DNA of 56,462 nt, filler included, from Squatina squatina (GCA_031763465.1; 4 parts of 4 records of this genome joined end to end with filler, not necessarily neighbours in it), one strand, 5' to 3'; positions 12,590-25,281 are shown, counted from the first letter of the whole stretch. Numbers and translations: made by a program. The notes: generated by a model not told the origin, from the letters alone.

Positions 12590-12710
12590 AAGAAACTGCA
12601 ATACTGGAAATCTAAAACAGAAAATGAAGAACATTTCGGTCAGCATCTGAAGAGAAAAAAAAAGTAACTTTCCAGAGGTCCCAGGATGTGCATTTCTTTT
12701 CAGACTTGGC
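12590..12710 (-). mobile_element. Decayed Penelope-like 3' terminal remnant
   Basis: Minus strand ..CTCTTCAGATGCTGACC..CATTTTCTGTTTTAGATTTCCAGTATTGCAG resembles the 3' end of the element at 41775-41880. Confidence 0.5.
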
Positions 12711-12923
12711 ATGGTGAGCCTGTTGTAGTGGTACTGCCCGTCTCCTGGGCATTATATGGTGGCACGTTATCCTGTTGTTCGGTCTCAACTGATGGGCTAG
12801 GAGTGTATGGAGGAGGAGCATCACTCAAGCTGCAAGCATCATAGCCCTCTGGTATAGAGAGGGCACGAGCCTCTTCAATGCTTCTGGCTGCATACTCTGT
12901 ATATGGTGGAGGTTTTAAATCAT
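12700..12923 (-). CDS. Terminal coding exon with PPxY (WW-domain ligand) motifs, gene unidentified
   Basis: Acceptor tttttacttgcccctacag|. Open frame DDLKPPPYTEY..DAPPPYTPSP..NVPPYNAQ..SPCQV*. Two PPPY motifs plus PPY are typical of cytoplasmic tails of NEDD4-family adaptors. Confidence 0.6.
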
Positions 12924-13249
12924 CTGTAGGGGCAAGTAAAAAAACTGTTGAAATACTCGTCATAAATCAACAAGACCCTGGAGTGGGTTTCTCATTATTT
13001 ATAAAGCACGGTGGTGTATTCACCATGGCATTTTCAGGGTTTTCTTTTGGTTAAACTGGGAGTACATGCACGGGCGATTATACACACACAGTAGTAGTGG
13101 TGCATTCAACAAATGCGCTATAGGAAAGTACATTTGATGCAGATTATCANNNNNNNNNNNNNNNNNNNNNNNNNNNNNNNNNNNNNNNNNNNNNNNNNNN
13201 NNNNNNNNNNNNNNNNNNNNNNNNNNNNNNNNNNNNNNNNNNNNNNNNN

Positions 13250-13839
13250 GGGCTGGTGGTGGTCAAGGTGTTCGCCGTGCAGGACCCGTCGCTGCCGCTC
13301 ACCGCCTACAAGCAGGAGCTGGAGGAGCTGCGGCACAAGCTGCACGGGGCGCACAACTGTGTCCCCTTCCAGAGGGCCAGCTTCACCGAGAAAGCCGCCA
13401 TGCTCTTCCGCCAGTACGCCCGGGACAACCTGTACGACCGCATCAGCACCCGGCCCTTCCTCAACAACATCGAGAAGAAGTGGATCGCCTTCCAGCTCCT
13501 TAACGCGGTGGAGCAGGCTCACCGGGCCGGCGTCCGCCACGGGGACATCAAGACGGAAAACGTCATGGTCACCAGCTGGAACTGGGTGCTGCTCACCGAC
13601 TTTGCCAGCTTCAAGCCCACNNNNNNNNNNCGAAGACAATCCGGCCGACTTCAATTACTTCTTCGACACCTCCAGAAGGAGGACCTGCTACATCGCCCCC
13701 GAGCGCTTTGTGGACGGGACAATGTTTAGCACGGAGCTGGAAGCGGCTAGAGATCCAACTACCCCATTGGTGGATCTGACTCACAACAACCAGAGGACGA
13801 GGGGAGAACTAAAACCGGCCATGGACATCTTCTCTGCAG
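13250..13839 (+). CDS. PIK3R4: PIK3R4 (VPS15) kinase-domain exon, 5' part lost in a gap
   Basis: [68 protein letters not shown][gap][33 protein letters not shown], with donor GCAG|gtacac at 13840. Confidence 0.97.
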
Positions 13840-14134
13840 GTACACTTATTAAATAGAGCCAGTTTGTTTTGAAGTAAATGAATCTTTGTTGAAACTCACA
13901 GTTGTAATGATCCATATATTGGGAAGGCTGTTTCAGGAGCATAATGTGAGAATACATGATGTTGTAACTATAGACTTTGTGACCACTAAGGTGCTCCCCA
14001 CTGACATACTGTTTTCAATCCATGTGAAGCAAGCACTACTTAGCCAGGCACAGATAAAGCTATCAGCAGTCAAATATGTTGTACCATTGCCTGCTTACAC
14101 AGTTTGTGCAGTGTACTATAAACTAGATTGAGAT

Positions 14135-14265
14135 GAAAAGAAAATAACTGAGAATGTTAAATCTCAAATGAAAACAGAAAAGTTTGGACATATCAGGTTT
14201 GTCAACATCTAAAATGAGAAGAGACTTTTAAATGCAGGCCCTTTGTCAGAATTAGATAAAGAAAC
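14135..14265 (-). mobile_element. Decayed Penelope-like 3' terminal remnant
   Basis: Minus strand TTCTGACAAAGGGCC..AGATGTTGAC..TTTTCTGTTTTCATTTGAGATTT resembles the same terminal repeat. Confidence 0.45.
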
Positions 14266-14469
14266 AAAATGAAGAAGCTAGAATGAGATTAAAGCTAAGA
14301 ATCCGATATACTAACTGTGATCACAAAAAACCAATGAGTTTAATATCCTGCAAACAGTTTTTAAAGAGCGCTGGAGAGTTCAGGATCATGCTTGCAGACA
14401 AAATGGAAATGTTCGTTAAATTGGTNNNNNNNNNNNNNNNNNNNNNNNNNNNNNNNNNNNNNNNNNNNN

Positions 14470-14481
14470 TTAATTAATTAA
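14470..14481. other. Synthetic assembly linker TTAATTAATTAA inside a 100-nt gap
   Basis: 44 N + 12-mer + 44 N. The 12-mer has stops in all six frames and is identical at 30034 and 43929. Confidence 0.95.
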
Positions 14482-16374
14482 NNNNNNNNNNNNNNNNNNN
14501 NNNNNNNNNNNNNNNNNNNNNNNNNATGCGGTTGGTTTTTCCGAGGTAATAAATGCAAAGGTAATTTTCGCTGGTTTTACGCCAGGTCCTTGCTATGTTC
14601 GAACTTCTTCAATCACTTGTGCTACTCCCCAGTTGCATCTGCTCAAATAGAGTTACATTAGTCTCACGCTAAAGACCAGAGAACTGCATTTACACCTGTT
14701 CTGTAAACTTATGTCAAAAGTTTTAGGTGTAGCAGGACCCGAAGTCACTATTTCTGTTTTAAATCAATCTTTTTGGGGGAAATTAAAAAAAAAATTCTCC
14801 TTACTGCGACCTCGCCTATATTTTTTTTAGATCTTTGAATGCTTTTTATGGATTCAGAATTTGTTGCATTAAAAAGAAAAAAGCTTCCACAATTGCATTT
14901 TCTTAAGCATGCTGTACTCAATGATGGTTTGATGACTTCAGGCTTTAATTTTACTGAACAAAAAATAAATATTCCTGACTGTCCCATCAAAATGCACAAA
15001 CTAGTAAATTACTCATTAAAATAGCCAAACTATGCTATAGCAAATTTTATGTAATCAGATTCAATGATGCTTAACCTTTTATGAAGAAACTCTCACAAAT
15101 GGCCTAGTTGCTTTCACTGTTTGGTTCCATTTCATTGAGAGTAATTTGAAGCCAAACCACAAGAGTCATTCAAACACCCCCAGGCACATGTTTTGTTAGA
15201 TTTTAGTCTGGCTATTAGATCCAGCACTTGATGAAAGCAGACTGCTCCATCTTGTTGGGGAGAGGGTGCCAGGCTGTCCAACATCTGTATCATTATCATA
15301 AGAGTAGCTCATAGGGCAGTGCAAACAATGGCAACGATGCTTGGCAAACTATGGCAAACTAACCATCCACCCCATCCAGTTGATGAGAGAATAGCAGGGT
15401 GGGTGGAGAGGGTGATTTAATGAAATCGGTTCTCTAAGTGCAGACAGTATTAACGGCCAGTTACAGTCATAACTTACAATGTGCTGAGAAGCACTTCCTT
15501 TAGTTCATCACCAAGCCCTTGTTGATCATTGTGATTATGTTATCAATAATACGAAGCACATGGGCCAAAGCAAGCAGAAGGAAATCTGTGGGCCTTGGTG
15601 TAGGCTCTCGATATTTGGATTCAGGACCCTAGTAGTTAAATGCACATTTTCAGAGCATTTCCCTTTCTCATTGTGTGTGGTTCACTTAGATTTCACCCTG
15701 AGCTGCCCCTTTGAATTGGCCTCAGCAGTCCCAGCTGTCCCTGCTGCCGCTAGTCTATAATAGAAGTTCATGTTACTCATTGACCGGCAAATAAGTCTTT
15801 CACAGATCTCTGGCAGGGAGCCAAATGGAAGTTGTCCCACCTATAAAAAGACACAAGCGGCCTAGTGTGGTTTTTATTGCTCCGAGCGCTCTTTATTACT
15901 TTCCAACAGAATATTTGTCGAAGCAGTCAGTGAACTGCACATCAGACAGTGCAACTCTGACGTAAGGTGTTCAGCACTTTTGCACTGTCATCTGCTCCGA
16001 GCAGCTAGGTTTGCAGGGAAGGACATCATGTGGCAGCATGAGGAATAAGCCTCACTTCAGTGGATGTCTCTAGCATTGCGTCAGTTCTTGGCTGGAGCCA
16101 ACATGTGAGAAATCAGCAAATTATTTTTTCTTCACCTTGTCCCCCAAAACATGCAAGGATAGAGATTAATGGAACAAAAATCAAGGCGGTTTCTACAATT
16201 AGCAGGTAATCCGCTCTGCTAGGTTACCGCCCAGGCGACAGCACTGAAATTACCCCTCCCCTGACCATGAAATGGGTTGTGGTGCTGACCCATACAGATC
16301 AGGAAGGACCTGGTCTTATCAATCTAAACTGGGTGTTGAAGAAACTATCAATTGCCTTGTACCTTAGAATGGAG

Positions 16375-16600
16375 GAACTGTTATAGCATCTTTCACAATC
16401 TCAGGAAAGTTCCAAAATTCCTCACAACCAATTAAATATTTTTGAAGTATATGTTGTGGTGTAGGAAAACATGGCAACCAATTTGCACACAGCAAGCTCC
16501 CACAAACATCAATGAGGTAAATTACCAGATAACCTGTTTTAGTGGTGTTGGTTGATAGATAAATGTTGGCCAGGACACTAGGGAGAATTTCCCCTACTGG
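16375..16600 (-). mobile_element. DeuSINE-type (SacSINE1-like) SINE, partial
   Basis: Homologous to the copies at 25282, 47268 and 55865 (caatttgcacacagcaagctcccacaaaca..ggccaggacac). Confidence 0.75.
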
Positions 16601-16627
16601 GTAAAAATAAATATCAGACCTAAACTT

Positions 16628-16828
16628 AAGCAACAACAACTTGCATTTATACAGTGCTTTTAACATAGAAAAAAGCATTCCAAGACGCTTCACAGAGACA
16701 TCTGGAATAAACGGACACCAAGCCAAGAAGGACATATTAGGAGGGGTGACCAAAGGTGTGCTCAAAGAGGTAGGTTTTAAGGAGGGCCTTAAAGGAGGAG
16801 ATGGAGGGTCAGAGACAGAGGAGTTTAG
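16628..16828 (-). mobile_element. L2 LINE 3' end
   Basis: caacaacaacttgcatttatacagtgc tail. Reverse-complement similarity to 43985-44285. Confidence 0.7.
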
Positions 16829-17889
16829 NNNNNNNNNNNNNNNNNNNNNNNNNNNNNNNNNNNNNNNNNNNNNNNNNNNNNNNNNNNNNNNNNNNNNNNN
16901 NNNNNNNNNNNNNNNNNNNNNNNNNNNNATGATGTCAGCGGGGATGTCAGCAAATACAAACTCGCTTGGCCGTGGAGATGCTAAACTTTAGTGCTTAAAG
17001 AATTTGGTTGCCAAATTTCGCGGGAGGCGCAAAATGGCAATTTAACGTCTTAAGAATGATTCGTGCTCCAATAACGCCTTAAGTAGGTGTTAATCGGCTT
17101 TTCTAAACAGCCTAATTTTACCCCCAAAGGCTCCTCAATGATCCACGACCTCAGAATAGACTGACCTAAGCAGTACTTTGTCTCAGAATGAGCCCCTTTA
17201 AGGGCTAAGGTGGCTTGACACTTGATTGCAGCTCCTTAGCTCGGATGGTGAATTGGCCCGCTGAAACCAGTGAAGTTCAATCAGCGTCCATCAGACACCC
17301 ATTAGCGCTGAATTCTGCACGACTATTTAAGCTGCCAGAAAATTTTTCACAAAGACCCGAATACTGCGATTTAGCGGGGTAGCACTAAACAGGTGCTAAA
17401 ATCTTTGCATTTCAAACACAGCAGACCAATTGGGCGCCCTACATTTCAACAGCAGATTTTTGCAGATATCTTTGTTTAAAGCAGCAGGTAGGTAATGCGA
17501 TTGGTAATAGTTCAGAAAGAAAATGTTTGGGCTTACAGAGACAGAAAATAATATATTTTCTAACTAAGCACAAGTACTTATTCGAAAGCAGATCTATGTA
17601 TAGACATTACACACACCACAGATTTTGTATGGTAGTTAGCACTTTCCAATAACAAGCTAATGTGCAGCCTGTTCTTTTGTGTGTCTTTATCTTTTCTATC
17701 AAGGACCAGATATAAGATTGCTATGCAAGGTTTTTTTTCTGGTTTCTGCTCTCGTTTCTTGGAAAAAGCTGTGCCTCGCCTTTCGGAAGCCATTTAAATG
17801 CTGCCGATTATGAAATAAGCTTCACATGACTGAAAAGTTTTTTTCTCTGATGCTTTTTTCCACCGTCACTGGGGCAGTGGAACTTTTTT

Positions 17890-18069
17890 GATGTTCATGA
17901 CGTAGGGCGCGGAAGGTAGAGATTGCCCCAGCAGCCAATGAGCGCTTAGCAATCTATGAGGCAGCTCTGACTCGTCTCCCCAGCCAACATGTAGCTACAC
18001 CGTCCTTCGTGTGCACCCTGGCGACCATCTGTCAGCTTTTATTTCCATACCTCCTGCCCAAACGAAGGT
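17890..18069 (+). promoter_or_regulatory. Candidate promoter and first exon
   Basis: CRE-like TGACGT (17898), ETS CGGAAG (about 17910), CCAAT (17935), local CpG enrichment and donor AAG|gtaaat at 18068. Confidence 0.3.
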
Positions 18070-19733
18070 AAATATTGTAGCAATCAAGAGAAAACCACAA
18101 ATGNNNNNNNNNNNNNNNNNNNNNNNNNNNNNNNNNNNNNNNNNNNNNNNNNNNNNNNNNNNNNNNNNNNNNNNNNNNNNNNNNNNNNNNNNNNNNNNNN
18201 NNNCTCTGTGAGACTAATTTTGGGGATGTGAAGAGACAATGCGCTAAGCCAGAAAGTGTATTAACAAGTTGTGTCATATTGATTTGAAAGCCATAAAATG
18301 GATTTGGATACGATGTAGCTGCACTCCAAACCCTCCGAGTTGTTGTAAGTAAAATGACCTTTGGTACGTGCTTGATTATTCTTTTTTTCTCATCTGCAGA
18401 ATTCCTCACACAGTTTGAGATGCTAGCTCCCAAAGAACATGTCCCTTCAATATCAGAGTGAGTGCTTACATTCCATTCAGGCTTTGTCTTGCTAATGTAG
18501 TCGAGGCGAATAAAGCTTCCAAAGGTCTTTTCTGTTTCTGTCTCGGTAAGGGACTGATTTGAGACAGTGGGAGAGGTAACGGATTATAATAGGGTCTTGG
18601 GGACTCCTCTTGCGAAGGGCACTGGGGTCATTGGCAGCGCTACACTAACAGAGTGTACGTTCTTGTTTGGATCTGACAATGGGAAAAGGCTCAAGACAGA
18701 GGACACAATCAGATGAAAGCATTCTCTGAAGCCATTAAACTGTGAGGAAATGATGACCATGAATTGTGACAGACACAGAATTAATAGCCGTGAGGTAGAT
18801 GCCACAGTCAATGATGCTTCAGCACCGCCAACATTATTTGGCTGGTAATAATTTCCATTCGGAAGCCCTTTAAAGAAATATTTTACAAAGCTCCATTTAA
18901 ATTGCATTTATATTCAAATGAAAATTAAAACTTTTACGTACAAACTTATATAAAGACACTTTGCAAAATTGCCAAATATCAGCAGTTTGCACTAAAGAGC
19001 TAAATGGTAACGTTGCTCAAGCGTTGGCCTTGAGAATGAAAAGCTAAATGTGACTGAAAAGCAGGAACTACAAAATAACCTCTCAGAAACAAGGTCTCTT
19101 AAATAAGAGCACGTTGGAGATTATATAGCCCTGGAGTAACCACACCCTTTTTACTTGTGATGGCTGCATTTCCAATTTTCTAATATGATAATGAATTACA
19201 TAATTTCTAATATACCAACATTAAATACAACTTTGTCTTGTAAACTAACAAACCTTTGCTAGTCAAGCCAATTCAGACAGTTATCTTATCAGTGGGGACA
19301 ACAGCCCATCATATATTTTAAAGAATAAATTTATGAAACAATATTGCATTGAATTAAGTAATTGAAATTATTTTTAGGCATCTGTGGCTTGCATCAGTCT
19401 AGGGGTGCAGCGAGCTTGCCAAATCAACCAAAATTGATATAATTCTTATTACCACTTCATTTCTCTGTGTCTCTATGCTTTCCAAAAAATAAGGCTGTGG
19501 AAAGACAATTTAAATGTATCAGACGTAAATCAAACAAATAGTATCTGCATACTGGGGGGCAGGGTTCAGCAGAAGTGAGCAGAAAAGTGGCAGGAGATAA
19601 GGTTGAGGCAAAAATGCAAGGCAGCNNNNNNNNNNNNNNNNNNNNNNNNNNNNNNNNNNNNNNNNNNNNNNNNNNNNNNNNNNNNNNNNNNNNNNNNNNN
19701 NNNNNNNNNNNNNNNNNNNNNNNNNTCCTTCAA

Positions 19734-19932
19734 CTATGCTCCAACGACATGAAGCTCCACTACAGAACTTATTGTAACACGAGGGACCACGATGGGGTAG
19801 GGAAATGCAGCATCACAGTTGGAATTGGAATTCAGATTTATCTGGCCACGTTCACCTGTAATGGTGCTTGTGGAGATTTCCAGACCTGGGATCGCACCTT
19901 CCTCTCCAACTGCAGGTGGAAGGCGTAAGAAC
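19734..19932 (-). CDS. Candidate terminal exon of an unidentified gene
   Basis: Acceptor ttcctcccttgaag|G, then FLRLPPAVGEEGAIPGLEISTSTITGERGQINLNSNSNCDAAFPYPIVVPRVTISSVVELHVVGA*. GC content is higher than in the flanks. Confidence 0.3.
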
Positions 19933-21724
19933 CTTCAAGGGAGGAATATTGTATGAAATCTAAGAAAAACTAANNNNNNNNNNTATTGTTAAAATGTACT
20001 TAATGTAATGATTATAATCTTCAATTAAAGGTTTACGATTTGCCATGACATTTCACATGTGTATGTTCTATTATCATATTGGACAATTTTATAAACCTTC
20101 TCTGTCAGTGCCTTCTTTTTGGGAAACTTCATGAGGATGGCCCACTCTTCTAGTTTACTAAAGGCCTCCAGACTCCTTGGCTACTCCACAGTGTACACAA
20201 GGTGCAAGGCAACGCAATCTGTGCTCTGTGTGCCTGTCTCTCTCTTAGCTTTCACCAAAGTCTAGTTAAAGGAAATGACAGATTAATTTTGTCTGGCATT
20301 ATCAACAGTTGATCTTTAAGAAGCTGTAATAAAGTTCAATAATGTGGAAAATCCATAGCTCAGTCATTAAANNNNNNNNNNNNNNNNNNNNNNNNNNNNN
20401 NNNNNNNNNNNNNNNNNNNNNNNNNNNNNNNNNNNNNNNNNNNNNNNNNNNNNNNNNNNNNNNNNNNNNNNNNNNNNNNNNNNNNNNNNNNNNNNNNNNN
20501 NNNNNNNNNNNNNNNNNNNNNNNNNNNNNNNNNNNNNNNNNNNNNNNNNNNNNNNNNNNNNCATTCAGGAATTGGAGTTGTATCTCAGGACAGACTATAT
20601 CCCATTGACTTTTCCCTCTTCTTAACCAGTAATTGATACATGGTGGATATATGGGCTTGGTGCCCAGTACTGCTAGCATTCATTAGATCTATATGTACAT
20701 TCTGTACTCGTGTCTGGGGCTGTTTTACTACCAATAAAAGGCTGCTTTATTTAAATTTAACCAGACTGCCTATAATTTCAGTCTAGCTTGTATTTCGGGC
20801 ATTTGGTTGCGTATGAAAGGTGACCTATTTTGAATAAAATCTTGTGGCTCAAAAGGAGGAGTGTATGATTTTATAGCATATAACTGCAGCCCAATGGAAT
20901 TTCCAGGCACTTTGCCATCAGCATGAACAACTGATGACTACTTGCAAAGAACAGTTGAGTCCCCTTAAAGAGATAGCAGCCTCCTGGGGAGGGGCAAAAA
21001 CATTTTGTGTGTGAAAATGTGGCAGAACTGACATATTGCTGCTTTTCCATGTCCAATGCAGGAAGTAATTTGGAATTACTGTTGAATTTTTATGTGGATA
21101 ATACAGCAGACATAAGATTACAATGGAAGTGATCCGCAGCTCCTGACATCAAATAAGAGATACAGTACATAAATTGTGACACTATTGACTTCCAACAGGG
21201 ATCTACTTGGTAAATTAATATGTTGCAAAACAATAATAATCCATTGAGGTAATATAAATATGTTCACACACAATACTAATATGAGTGCAAACTGAAATAT
21301 CCTCTCGCTGAATGGTAGTGCTGATATTACAGGCTTTAATTGGTATATGATTTTATTGATTGATATGCAGCAAATTATTCATACCATGATAATAAAGTAT
21401 TACATTTCCAGTGTGCTTTTGTGGATAATGACAACCTGGCAGAACGTGACCATTAAAATAAATAAACTGTGGGTCTTATGTACATAGAGACATGAGAAAT
21501 AATTTCATTTCTTATGCCCTAGTTACCATATTTTGTTTTGCTAAATAAGGTGGGTTAAATAGGAGAGGTAGGCATAAAACAATAATAGTAGCTGAAAGAT
21601 TTAATAATTAGTTGATAACCTCCAAAATACCAAATAATGAAACAGGAGAGGAACTCACATTGAAATGGCCTAACAAACAATTTAACAACGAAATCTCTCC
21701 TGGTGCTGGAGTGGATGTCTCACC

Positions 21725-21995
21725 TGAGGCTCAGTTGACCAACGCACTGCCTGGTGTGGTACTGAGCTGCTGAGCACTGTAAGGATTGAGGTCTGACTGC
21801 TAGTCTGCTTTGTTGAGTGGTGGCAGAGGTGCTATTATTAGCCTCAGTCAGCATTCCAATTCCTGGTGAATTATTCCCAGGCTAGGAAGGAGAAAAATCA
21901 GGCAGCGCTCCCACTCTTGATGGCTATCTAGTGACCCCTGCTGGCATATATAGAAGGTGGGTGAGTAGAGGACTCAGTTAAGCTGTGATCCAGCT
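21725..21995 (+). mobile_element. tRNA-derived SINE-like dispersed repeat
   Basis: A-box-like GGCTCAGTTG head. Core ggagaaaaatcagg..ctcttgatggctatctagtgacccctgctgg recurs degenerate at 23240-23390 (+) and about 28080-28240 (-). Confidence 0.55.
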
Positions 21996-23589
21996 CTTGG
22001 TTGAATAGCTTATTGTCCAGGCTTCATCTGATACTAAAAATGCAATTTTCAGTNNNNNNNNNNNNNNNNNNNNNNNNNNNNNNNNNNNNNNNNNNNNNNN
22101 NNNNNNNNNNNNNNNNNNNNNNNNNNNNNNNNNNNNNNNNNNNNNNNNNNNNNTTCTGGAGGTATGAACAGAGGTAATCATCCGAGACAATTAGCAGTGT
22201 CGCAGGTCAAATGATTAGCAGTAATTATACTAAAAGCTGCCAACACCAGCAGCAACCTTTTCAATCAGATTCACTGAACCTATTTGTGTTGCTTAATCGT
22301 TTTGAACATTGCCATTTTCCTCAATTAAAGAGCCAGCTCCCCGAGCAGCTCAGAGATGTCTCAGATGGCTCCATGCCACCAACGAAGTAGCCAGTGAATT
22401 ATGGGTGGCATGCTGACATTTAGCATGCTGGTTGAATTTCAATGAAAATAAACCATCATGAAGGTGGGAATAATGGTGCAGTACACTATGTGATGAGCAC
22501 TGATTAGAGTGTAGTCACTCCAGATCATGTCAAATCAAATCAAATGCTACGTGCTGCCTCTTCCATTTTTCAGTACTAACAGTAAACACATTTCTGGTTC
22601 AAAAGTTCTCAGTACAACATGGTGCGATGAGTTGCTTAGTTGGGCACATACGCTACCAGTTTATCAATATGAACCACATTTGGATGTCCGATGACACAAA
22701 AATGGAAGCGTAACTTTTGTGACTTCAGACTGAAATCTTGCAAGACATGCGAGAGCACCAGGCTGAGAGCTTTGAAGCTTGAGTTTTTGATGCTCTTCAA
22801 GTTAGCAGGGAGTCCGCACTCTCCTAATGTGAAAATGTGACTGGAATGTGTGAGCCACCTATCGTGAGCTCTGTTATCCCTTGGCAGTGGGCAACACATG
22901 GCTGGCAAAATAATTCAGGCTTTTGTATCACACAAACAGATCTGAGACCCAGGACCTGAGGTCAATGGAGCAGAGTCAGAGTGCTCCCAATTTTTGGCCA
23001 ATGGCTGGACAAGTTTGAGCATCATAAAACCGGGCAGACTGACCGCCATGCCTGATTCCCTGATTTGAGCTCCCGTTGCGTGAGACTCGTCGCCGGGAGC
23101 GGATTCTCACAATTTTGTACTTTGAACTTCAGCGCGTGGTGTCATTGCACCGTCTGTGGCAAGCTTGATGCTGTTGGAACTCCCCAGCGGTATGAGCAGC
23201 ACCGTTACTAAGTTGCTCCCAGGATGGCTTAGGGAGTAACTGCATTATATGGTATGATATTGAGCCAGTTTGTTAATCTCGGTTGGACACTACGTTGACC
23301 TCAGTGTCGCTGGGTTAGAGAGCAGAGGGTGGAAAATCAGCCAGGGATTCTGCTTCTGATTGATATCCAGCAAATCCTGCTGGAAAATATNNNNNNNNNN
23401 NNNNNNNNNNNNNNNNNNNNNNNNNNNNNNNNNNNNNNNNNNNNNNNNNNNNNNNNNNNNNNNNNNNNNNNNNNNNNNNNNNNNNNNNNNTGGATATCCA
23501 AATTCCTTGGTGCCTCTGTAGGTTCTAGTCTATCGTCAGTAAGAAAATATTCTGATTTGTCTCTCTCAGAGCTTTCCCACATTAAATTC

Positions 23590-24290
23590 CAATTGCCACA
23601 GTTTTGCCCACTCATTTAATCTGTCTACGTCCCTTTGTAATGTTCTGTTACCATCTACACAACTTACTGTGCCTCCTAGATTAATGTCATCTGCAAATCT
23701 GGATGGACTACTCTCTATTCCTTCATCCAAGTCATTGATATATATGTTGAAAAGCTTAAGCCCCAATACAGATCCCTGGCGGCACCACTTGTCACGTTTT
23801 GCCAATCAAAGTACATTCCCTTTATCCCTCTTCTCTATCTCCTACCTCCCAACCAATTTCTAACCCATGTCATGAGGATACCTCCAATATGCTCTCAGTT
23901 CTCCTTATAATCTCTTGTGCAGAACCTTATCAAATGCCTTCTGGAAGTCCATTTAGGCAACATCCATAGACATTCCACTGATCACCATTTTAGTGACTTC
24001 CTCAAAAAATTCAACTAGATTAGTCAGGCATGACCTACCCTACACGGATCCATGCTGACTCTCTTTGATCAGCTTATACTTGTTCAAATGCTCAGACACT
24101 CTGTCCCTGTTGATATATTTCATCAACTTATCCACAACTGACGTTAAGCTGACAGGTCTGTAGTCTCCTGTCCTAAATAATTTTCCAATCCAAAGGCACA
24201 AATCCAAAATCTAGAGTGTTTTAGAAAATTATGACTAACGCAGCTGCAATTTCCCTACCTGTTTCTTTTAATACAGGAAACCATCAGATA
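23590..24290 (-). mobile_element. CR1 LINE RT fragment, old
   Basis: [51 protein letters not shown]. Confidence 0.88.
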
Positions 24291-25281
24291 TTTCTGTCCA
24301 GCACCATTGACCAACTGCAATCTTTCTATCCACCATTTCTGAACTCGAATGCCGCTGTTCATGTTGGGTCTGTTCTTGGGGTGGGCTGGGGGAACCCATT
24401 GAGGCAGCAGCCCAGGTTGTTATTGCAGAGCCCAGAGGAGCATTCCCTGCCCCTTCCAACCCCCACAAAAATAAATTAAAACTTACCTGCAGGACTCTGG
24501 TTTAGTGGGTCATACAAGACGGCCCACTGTCTGACTCAGGCAGATACTTCAACCACCCAGTGGTAGGCCCTGAGGAAGATAGGAACTACCACACTGTATT
24601 AATCCATTCTTCAAATGCAGGTTTTTGGTATGATCTGCATACACACTTCTGCAAACGACACAGTGTAACACAGTTAAAAGAAATGTCCAAGCTTCTGTAA
24701 ATCTCATTGCTTGAACATTTAAAATGCAGCAAACTGAATACATCTCATTAAGGTCATTTCAAGAGGGAGTAAGCCCCGCTGTGAGCTTTCCCCTTTAAAC
24801 TCTCCCGAAGTATGTTGTTGGACTGAAGGTTTACGAGTTGGTTCCTTCAGTGTGTGTTTTGATCCCTGCTCCCGGTGGTGCTTCAGTTCAAAGCCAGCCA
24901 CTTTTATTGCAGGGAACACACGGCTGAGTTCTGGCGAGTGCCAGTACACAGTGTTCTCATAATTTGCAGACTGAAGTCAAGCAATTATAGAAGCAGTGTA
25001 AAAAGTTTGCTGGCCGGTGTTCAAGAATTCTGTGAAAGTTAGGTGCAGCGGGGCTCAGCTCTCCTGGCTTCCCTCCATTTTGTTTAGTCAGCATTATATA
25101 CAGCTGTGGGCCAAGTTCCAGCCCTGCAATCTGATGACTGTGTGGAAGCTCATGCCTGGTGCTGTGTCCACCAGTGAGAGANNNNNNNNNNNNNNNNNNN
25201 NNNNNNNNNNNNNNNNNNNNNNNNNNNNNNNNNNNNNNNNNNNNNNNNNNNNNNNNNNNNNNNNNNNNNNNNNNNNNNNNN

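Noticed and set aside
13621-13630. PIK3R4 pseudogene or frameshift
   Set aside because: The frame change coincides with an arbitrary 10-N gap where 9 nt are expected.
13118-13654. 178-aa minus-strand ORF
   Set aside because: Antisense shadow of the GC3-rich PIK3R4 exon.
14470-14481. TTAATTAATTAA as a biological motif (e.g. piggyBac TTAA site)
   Set aside because: Identical, centred in 100-nt gaps three times, and has stops in all frames; a synthetic linker.
24488-24575. Minus-strand segment with good acceptor and donor sites
   Set aside because: Stops in all three frames and no recognisable homology.
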